Assembly (NCBI GenBank): GCA_012522015.1
Contig: JAAYLD010000026.1
Span: 6,694 to 70,693 of the forward strand
Source of the DNA: Clostridiales bacterium
GTDB lineage: Bacteria > Bacillota > Clostridia > Oscillospirales > CAG-272
DNA length: 64,000 nt
Reading direction: 5' to 3'
Position numbers and translations under genes: made by a program. The notes beneath the pieces were generated by a model that worked only from the letters and a program-made list of their open reading frames with translations, searched no databases and was not told where the DNA came from. Positions 58,691 to 64,000 of the stretch are shown in pieces (the stretch's first letter is position 1; each line of letters opens with the position of its first letter).

Positions 58691-59236
58691 TTAGACGGAC
58701 TGTTGTTTTTTCACGTGCTTTGTCTCCATTATGACAGGGAACTCACGTCCGGCAGTCTCTATAATGACAGTTGCCCGAGTGCCATCTTGCGAAATCTCTT
58801 GAACCTTGCCGGAGAAACCAACAAAAGGCCCATCGATTATCGAAATTGGGTCGCCTACAGCAATTGCAACCTTTTCCGTGTGTGTCTCAAGATTAATAGC
58901 GGCTACTTCCTCATCTGTAAGCGGCACCGGCTTTGATCCGGGGCCAACAAAACCCGTCACTCCGCTGATATTGCGGACGACATGCCAAGATTCGTCCGTC
59001 ATTATCATTTTGATAAGCACATAACTCGGGAATCTTTTAGTCTCCGACCTTTTGCTTATATTGCCGTTGTGTTCGGTTACAATATCAACAGGGATTTGCA
59101 CGTCAAATATTAAGTGGCCGAGGCCTCTGTTCTCGACGATTTTCTCAAGATTTGCTTTTACCTTATTCTCGTATCCAGAATAGGTATGCGCCACATACCA
59201 GCGTGGACCGAGGTTCATTTCATTTATGTCGCTCAT
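58691..59236 (-). CDS. nusG: transcription termination/antitermination factor NusG
   Basis: WYVAHTYSGYENKV NGN domain and a C-terminal KOW domain (GDPISIIDGPFVGFSGKV). The ATG at 59236 is preferred over the TTG at 59260. Confidence 0.95.
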   Translation of the reverse strand: MSDINEMNLGPRWYVAHTYSGYENKVKANLEKIVENRGLGHLIFDVQIPVDIVTEHNGNISKRSETKRFPSYVLIKMIMTDESWHVVRNISGVTGFVGPGSKPVPLTDEEVAAINLETHTEKVAIAVGDPISIIDGPFVGFSGKVQEISQDGTRATVIIETAGREFPVIMETKHVKKQQSV

Positions 59237-59243
59237 GTTCCCG

Positions 59244-59801
59244 TTAGAATAGCCTACCAAGGGCTATAATACCCTGTGAAAGTAGATAGTCAACTATTCC
59301 GAATATCGCCGCGAAGATTATGATAGCTATAATTACCATAATCGTTTTCTTGACAGCATCATGATGTTTTGCCCACGAAATCTTTTTGAACTCACTCTTG
59401 AAAGAGCGCCACATTTTTGATGAACGCTCCCTATCGCGAAGCGCCCATGCAGCAAATGCAACAACGCATACAGCTATGATGATAAGCGTTATAAAACCGC
59501 CCTTACTATCTTTCTTTACCTTGCCGGAATCTTTTTTACCCTCATCTTCACCTGAGTCATTGTCGCCAGCTGCATCTGTATCGGACTCGGAATCCGTGTC
59601 GGCACCATTATCATCGGCATCATCGGAATCTGCAACTGTATCAGATTCGGATTTGGATTCAGATTCGGCTTCGGTGTCGGTGACTGCGATCGTGTCAGCA
59701 TCTGTGTCGTCGGCGAAAACGGAAACAGCAGAGAGCGTCATCACTAAGACCGCGGCCAATGCTGCAGCCAGCAGCTTTATGATGTATTTATACTTCGTCA
59801 T
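59244..59801 (-). CDS. secE: preprotein translocase subunit SecE with an N-terminal signal-peptide/acidic-domain/TM extension
   Basis: The C-terminal 60 aa (FKSEFKKISWAKHHDAVKKTIMVIIAIIIFAAIFGIVDYLL) are canonical SecE. The same frame continues upstream for about 125 aa from an ATG 6 nt after AGAGAG, directly behind rpmG. Confidence 0.8.
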   Translation of the reverse strand: MTKYKYIIKLLAAALAAVLVMTLSAVSVFADDTDADTIAVTDTEAESESKSESDTVADSDDADDNGADTDSESDTDAAGDNDSGEDEGKKDSGKVKKDSKGGFITLIIIAVCVVAFAAWALRDRERSSKMWRSFKSEFKKISWAKHHDAVKKTIMVIIAIIIFAAIFGIVDYLLSQGIIALGRLF

Positions 59802-59817
59802 AACGCGCTCTCTTTCG

Positions 59818-59967
59818 TTACTTAGTTTCTCTGTGCAATGTGTGCTTACGGCAGAAACGGCAGTACTTGTTCAACTCAAGCCTGTCGGGATCATTCTTTT
59901 TGTTTTTTGTTGTGTCGTAATTTCGCTGCTTGCACCCCGAGCATGCAAGTGTGATTTTGACTCTCAT
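59818..59967 (-). CDS. rpmG: 50S ribosomal protein L33
   Basis: It falls below the ORF-track size cutoff. Reverse translation gives [49 protein letters not shown] (49 aa, CxxC...CxxC). Confidence 0.92.
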   Translation of the reverse strand: MRVKITLACSGCKQRNYDTTKNKKNDPDRLELNKYCRFCRKHTLHRETK

Positions 59968-60152
59968 CGTTTATCGGCACCTCCGCATTTAAAATTATTC
60001 ACCGCACTTATATATTTTTGTTTGCGTGCGGCGTCGTGTACCTCCCTCACGCGGTGCACTCTGACGGATGTGGCGCGTCCGTCAATTCTGCATATTGCTT
60101 TATTTTAAAAAAATAAGCACGCAAAAAAAGAGCCCTCCGCAGAGGTAAAGTA

Positions 60153-60182
60153 ATTATACCACTCGGAAGAGCTTGTTGTCAA
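60153..60182 (-). promoter_or_regulatory. sigma-A promoter of rpmG-secE-nusG
   Basis: On the minus strand: TTGACA (60182-60177), 18 nt, then TGgTATAAT (60161-60153). Confidence 0.5.
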
Positions 60183-60257
60183 TATATTTATTCTTAAAAT
60201 ACTATATTTTATTGCAAAAATTTAGTATATCGAAGGCAAAAAGCATTTAACCCTTCG

Positions 60258-62066
60258 TTATTTGCTGCCTGTGCCCTCATTATCATCAGTTTTATTTATA
60301 ACTGCTATGCCAAGCTCATGAAGCGCTTGAGGATCAGCTGGGGCAGGGCAGCGGGACATCGGCTCGCTTGAGTTCTGCGCTTTTGGGAATGCAATAACAT
60401 CACGTATGTCGTCGTAACCAAGTGTAAGTGCAACGAGCCTGTCAAGGCCGAAGGCAAGTCCGCCATGCGGTGGGATGCCATATTTAAGCGCTTCAAGCAG
60501 AAAACCAAATTTTGCTTCGGCCTCTTCCTCGCCTATTCCAAGCGTTTCAAACATAAGACCCTGCATATCGGGGGTGCTGATGCGTATTGAGCCGCCGCCA
60601 ATCTCCGTGCCATTTAGCACGATATCATAAGCACGGGCGCGGACAGTACCGGGATTTGTTTTGATGAGCGGTATATCCTCTTCCATTGGCGCTGTGAAGG
60701 GATGATGTCTTGCGTAAAAGCGTCCGTCTTCCTCGTTGTACTCGAAAAGCGGGAACTCAACAACCCAAAGAAACTTAAAATCGTCCGGACGCAGAAGACC
60801 CAAGCGTGCGGCACACTCCCGACGCAGTGCGCCCAGCGCGTCAAATACGATTTTATTATTATCAGCAACGATAACGATTAAATCGCCCTCAGAAAAGTCC
60901 ATTCTTTTGTCGATAGCGGCGTTTTCAGCATCGGAGAGGAATTTTGCATAAGATGATGTGACCTCGCCGTTAGCTTTTTTGCGCCATGCAAGCCCCTTAG
61001 CGCCGTACTGCTTTGCGACCTCACCAAGAGAGTCGATTTCGCGGCGGGTGAAGCTTGCACCTCCCTTGACGTTGATAGCGCGAACGCTGCCGCCGGCAGC
61101 AATTGCTCCTTCAAAAACCCGGAAGGTGCAGTCTTTGAGAAGGTCGGTCAGGTTGCAAAGCTCAAATCCAAAGCGAATGTCAGGTTTGTCGGAGCCAAAG
61201 CGCTCCATTGCCTCAGCATACTTTATGCGCGGGAACTTTTCAGGCAGAGTTACGCCGAGAAATTTCTTATAAAGATAGTGAATTAATCCTTCGTTCATAT
61301 CCATGACGTCGTCTTCGGTTACAAACGACATTTCCATATCTATTTGCGTGAACTCAGGCTGCCTGTCCGCACGTAAGTCCTCGTCACGGTAGCAGCGGGC
61401 TATTTGAATGTAGCGGTCGAAGCCGGCGTACATTATAAGCTGCTTGTAAAGCTGTGGCGATTGAGGCAGTGCGAAAAAATTTCCGGGGAATATGCGGCTT
61501 GGAACGAGGTAGTCACGAGCGCCTTCCGGTGTCGGCTTTATAAGGTTTGGCGTTTCGATTTCAATAAAGCCTTTTTCGTGGTAGTAATCACGAACGAGTT
61601 TTGTAATTTCGGAGCGGGCTATGATATTTTTCATCATTTCCGGACGGCGCAGGTCAAGGTAGCGGTAACGCATACGCAGTTCATTGCGAACGTCAGTGTC
61701 ACCTTCTGTAATGAAAAACGGTGGCGTTTCCGCTTTGCATAAAATCTTCAAGCGATCCACAGCTATTTCTATTGTGCCTGTCGGACGATTCACGTTGATA
61801 TCAGCCCCGCGGGACCGGACAACGCCGGATGCTGTTAAGACATACTCAGAGCGCACATTTGCGGCAGTTTCAAACGTTTCCCTGTCGGTCGATTCGTCAA
61901 AGGCAAGCTGTATTATGCCCGAACGGTCGCGCAAATCTATAAAAATAAGACTTCCAAGATTGCGCTGTCTTGCGCACCAACCGTTGACTGTAACTCGGCG
62001 TCCAATGTCAGCGGTGGCGAGCTCGGTTGCGTATGCTGTTCTTTTATCTTCATTAACAAATGGCAT
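60258..62066 (-). CDS. aspS: aspartate--tRNA ligase
   Basis: 602 aa. N-terminal OB fold, class II motifs (FRDEDLRADRQPEFTQID and GGGSIR), and the GAD insertion domain. Confidence 0.97.
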   Translation of the reverse strand: MPFVNEDKRTAYATELATADIGRRVTVNGWCARQRNLGSLIFIDLRDRSGIIQLAFDESTDRETFETAANVRSEYVLTASGVVRSRGADINVNRPTGTIEIAVDRLKILCKAETPPFFITEGDTDVRNELRMRYRYLDLRRPEMMKNIIARSEITKLVRDYYHEKGFIEIETPNLIKPTPEGARDYLVPSRIFPGNFFALPQSPQLYKQLIMYAGFDRYIQIARCYRDEDLRADRQPEFTQIDMEMSFVTEDDVMDMNEGLIHYLYKKFLGVTLPEKFPRIKYAEAMERFGSDKPDIRFGFELCNLTDLLKDCTFRVFEGAIAAGGSVRAINVKGGASFTRREIDSLGEVAKQYGAKGLAWRKKANGEVTSSYAKFLSDAENAAIDKRMDFSEGDLIVIVADNNKIVFDALGALRRECAARLGLLRPDDFKFLWVVEFPLFEYNEEDGRFYARHHPFTAPMEEDIPLIKTNPGTVRARAYDIVLNGTEIGGGSIRISTPDMQGLMFETLGIGEEEAEAKFGFLLEALKYGIPPHGGLAFGLDRLVALTLGYDDIRDVIAFPKAQNSSEPMSRCPAPADPQALHELGIAVINKTDDNEGTGSK

Positions 62067-62477
62067 GATGACATCTGATTCCTTTCAGTATAAGTTTAGC
62101 TTGCTAAAAAAGTGAAAAATCCGTATGCCGGGAAACAATATAAAGCTAATTACACCGATAACACATGAATTGCGCTATCATGATGCAAATAGCCCCGTTA
62201 CATATGTTATCCCAGCTTTTTTCATGCGCCAAACGGGTGGCGCACGGAATCAATGTCAGATATTATACAGATGCCTATACTATTATACATACGTATAATA
62301 TGCATGACTGTTCTCCTTCCGAGAGTGAGCATGGCAGTTATTATAGAAATAAATCTGTAAACGACTCTATAAAGTTTGAGAGCAATATTAAACTCAGATA
62401 ATATGATAATTATATCACTTTATTCTGTCTGTGCAATAGCAGCGGTGTGATTTATCGTGTTTATATGTGGGCAGTAC

Positions 62478-64000
62478 TTATGATATTGTACGCTCAGCTC
62501 CCTCGATTGGTGCTGTTATAGCGGCAAGAGGCTCGTGTTCGGGTTTTGAGAGTGTCGGGTCGTCCGACATAATTTCGCGAGCGTCAGAAAAAGCCGCATC
62601 AAGAAGCTTCATTGCACACGCTCCTTCTATTCCGGCAAGATTAATCGGAAGGTCACCGCTTTGTCGGGTGCTTTCAGATGATGGCAAAAAGTCACCGGGG
62701 CCTCGCAGCGCAAGATCACGCTCTGCAATAGCGAAACCGTCATACGTAGTTCTCATTGTTTCAAGCCGCTCATAAGCTGTTGTGCCTTTTGCTTTTGCAT
62801 AACGTGATATAAGAATGCAAATAGATTTTGCTGTGCCGCGCCCCACGCGTCCGCGAAGCTGGTGAAGCTGTGACAGTCCGAAACGCTCAGCGTTAAGTAC
62901 TACCATCAGTGTTGCGTTCGGTACGTTTACGCCAACCTCAATGACGGTCGTTGAAACAAGAATTTTTATTTCATTTGCGGCAAAGGCCCGCATTACAGCG
63001 TCTTTTTCCGCCCCCTTCATTTTGCCGTGAACATATGCGACCTTTATATCCGGAAACTTTTTTGAAAGAGCCTCTGCGTAACCAACAGCCGTCATCATTT
63101 CGGGCCGTCCAGAACCGGACGCACCGTCTGTATTGTCATCTTCGACAGCGGGGCAAACAACGTAAACCTGATGTCCGGCTTCCGTTTCTCGCTTCATGAA
63201 AGCTTCGATGCGTTCAAGATAGCTCTCATCAACAACATATGTTGTCACGCGCTGGCGTCCCGGGGGCATTTCGTCAATTCTTGATTCGTCAAGATCGCCG
63301 AGCATAACAAGGGAAAGTGTCCGCGGGATTGGTGTTGCGCTCATAACAAGCACATGAGCCACCTCTCCTTTGCCGGAAAGAGCTGCTCTTTGCATTACGC
63401 CAAAGCGGTGCTGTTCATCCGTTATTACAAGGCCAAGACGGCGGAAGCGGACGCCCTCTTCAATGAGAGCATGTGTGCCGACAGCAAGAACCGGCGGGCC
63501 GTTTGGATCACAACACGCATTAATGCTTTCGCGTTTTTCGCGTGCTTTAAGCGAACCGACGAGCAGAACGACTTTTATTCCAAGACTACTAAGAAGGGCG
63601 CTTAAATCAGCATAATGCTGACGTGCCAAAATCTCCGTCGGTGCCATCATGGCACAGTCAAAGCCGTTTTTTATTATAATGTAGGCGGCTGCGGCGGCTA
63701 CAACTGTTTTACCGCAGCCAACATCACCGACAATGATGCGGTACATCAGCCCGCGTTTGCCGTTTTTGCCGCGCAAGTCGGCATAAATATCATTGATTGC
63801 GCGCTTTTGTGCTCCTGTCAGCGGAAAGGGAAGCTGTGATACAAGCGGCTTTATATCGGTTTTGTTAATATAATGAGCACAAAGTGTGTCTCTTGTGGCT
63901 CTTATGCGCATTACTTTGAGCGCATATATTAAAAATTCTTCGTAAACGAGCCGCTGGCGCGCTGCATTGAGAGATTTTTCATCAGCGGGGAAGTGTATAT
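62478..64000 (-). CDS. recG: ATP-dependent DNA helicase RecG (C-terminal about 500 aa; 5' end beyond the right edge)
   Basis: Helicase motifs GDVGCGKT, DEQHRFG, SATPIPRT and QLRGRVGR. The reading frame stays open upstream of the track ATG (63911) to position 64000 (...FPADEKSLNAARQRLVYEEFLIYALKV-MRI...). Confidence 0.92.
   Translation of the reverse strand, partial: IHFPADEKSLNAARQRLVYEEFLIYALKVMRIRATRDTLCAHYINKTDIKPLVSQLPFPLTGAQKRAINDIYADLRGKNGKRGLMYRIIVGDVGCGKTVVAAAAAYIIIKNGFDCAMMAPTEILARQHYADLSALLSSLGIKVVLLVGSLKAREKRESINACCDPNGPPVLAVGTHALIEEGVRFRRLGLVITDEQHRFGVMQRAALSGKGEVAHVLVMSATPIPRTLSLVMLGDLDESRIDEMPPGRQRVTTYVVDESYLERIEAFMKRETEAGHQVYVVCPAVEDDNTDGASGSGRPEMMTAVGYAEALSKKFPDIKVAYVHGKMKGAEKDAVMRAFAANEIKILVSTTVIEVGVNVPNATLMVVLNAERFGLSQLHQLRGRVGRGTAKSICILISRYAKAKGTTAYERLETMRTTYDGFAIAERDLALRGPGDFLPSSESTRQSGDLPINLAGIEGACAMKLLDAAFSDAREIMSDDPTLSKPEHEPLAAITAPIEGAERTIS

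Noticed and set aside
59386-60108. 240-aa plus-strand ORF across secE, rpmG and their leader
   Set aside because: It is antisense to secE and rpmG. It stays open only because the acidic-repeat codons (GAx/TCx) lack stops on the opposite strand. It also crosses a promoter region.
60121-60145. T7 run after CCTC-tgcg-GAGG just downstream of the rpmG promoter, possibly an attenuator
   Set aside because: The stem is only 4 bp and it starts within a few nucleotides of the predicted transcription start site, so it is too weak to call a terminator.
62231-62247. T-box-like string AAACGGGTGGCGCACGG
   Set aside because: It lies on the plus strand, opposite to aspS, and no plus-strand gene follows. It matches only the GGGTGG core, and no Stem I, specifier or terminator elements are present. 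It is better explained as one side of the GCGCCA/TGGCGC hairpin.
62165-62401. 78-aa plus-strand ORF between aspS and recG
   Set aside because: It has no SD and an AT-rich random-looking composition (His/Tyr/Asn/Ile). It would be transcribed against both flanking genes.

Overview
This window is a core chromosomal segment of an endospore-forming Firmicute (class Clostridia by gene content). It is densely coding on both strands. I found no rRNA, tRNA, CRISPR array, transposase or integrase.

Recognisable content, left to right:
- a truncated NifU-like gene, an orphan hypothetical gene and an alpha/beta hydrolase
- an OmpR/PhoR-type two-component pair
- a perR-rubrerythrin unit with a visible promoter and Fur-family operator
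- a four-gene operon, asnB / ATP-grasp ligase / Asp racemase / murE
- an AT-rich AraC plus membrane-protein islet
- a ComEC-like MBL hydrolase
- a minus-strand run of rluB-like, TIM-barrel isomerase, aminotransferase, Lrp and MutS-paralogue genes
- an orphan flavoprotein
- a MoxR / DUF58 / giant transglutaminase module
- mrnC, wecB, mscL, a NUDIX hydrolase and a MATE transporter
- two coupled unknown membrane proteins
- proS and an FtsW/RodA-family gene
- the complete spoIIIAA-AH operon
- ttcA, an amidase, ligA, a Zn-dehydrogenase and obg
- iorA, iorB, paaK and an ACT-domain gene
- mnmM-like and VanY-like genes
- rpmG (missed by the ORF track), secE, nusG, rplK and rplA
- aspS and a truncated recG

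The observations most worth follow-up are:
- a predicted D-Asp/D-isoAsn peptidoglycan branch pathway linked to a non-DNPR MurE
- the expanded MoxR-DUF58-transglutaminase module
- a SecE carrying a signal peptide plus a secreted acidic domain
- a MutS paralogue translationally coupled to an Lrp-aminotransferase pair
- two orphan intergenic regions with terminator or promoter signals but no gene

All calls rest on reading the ORF translations and the DNA by eye. No database search was run.
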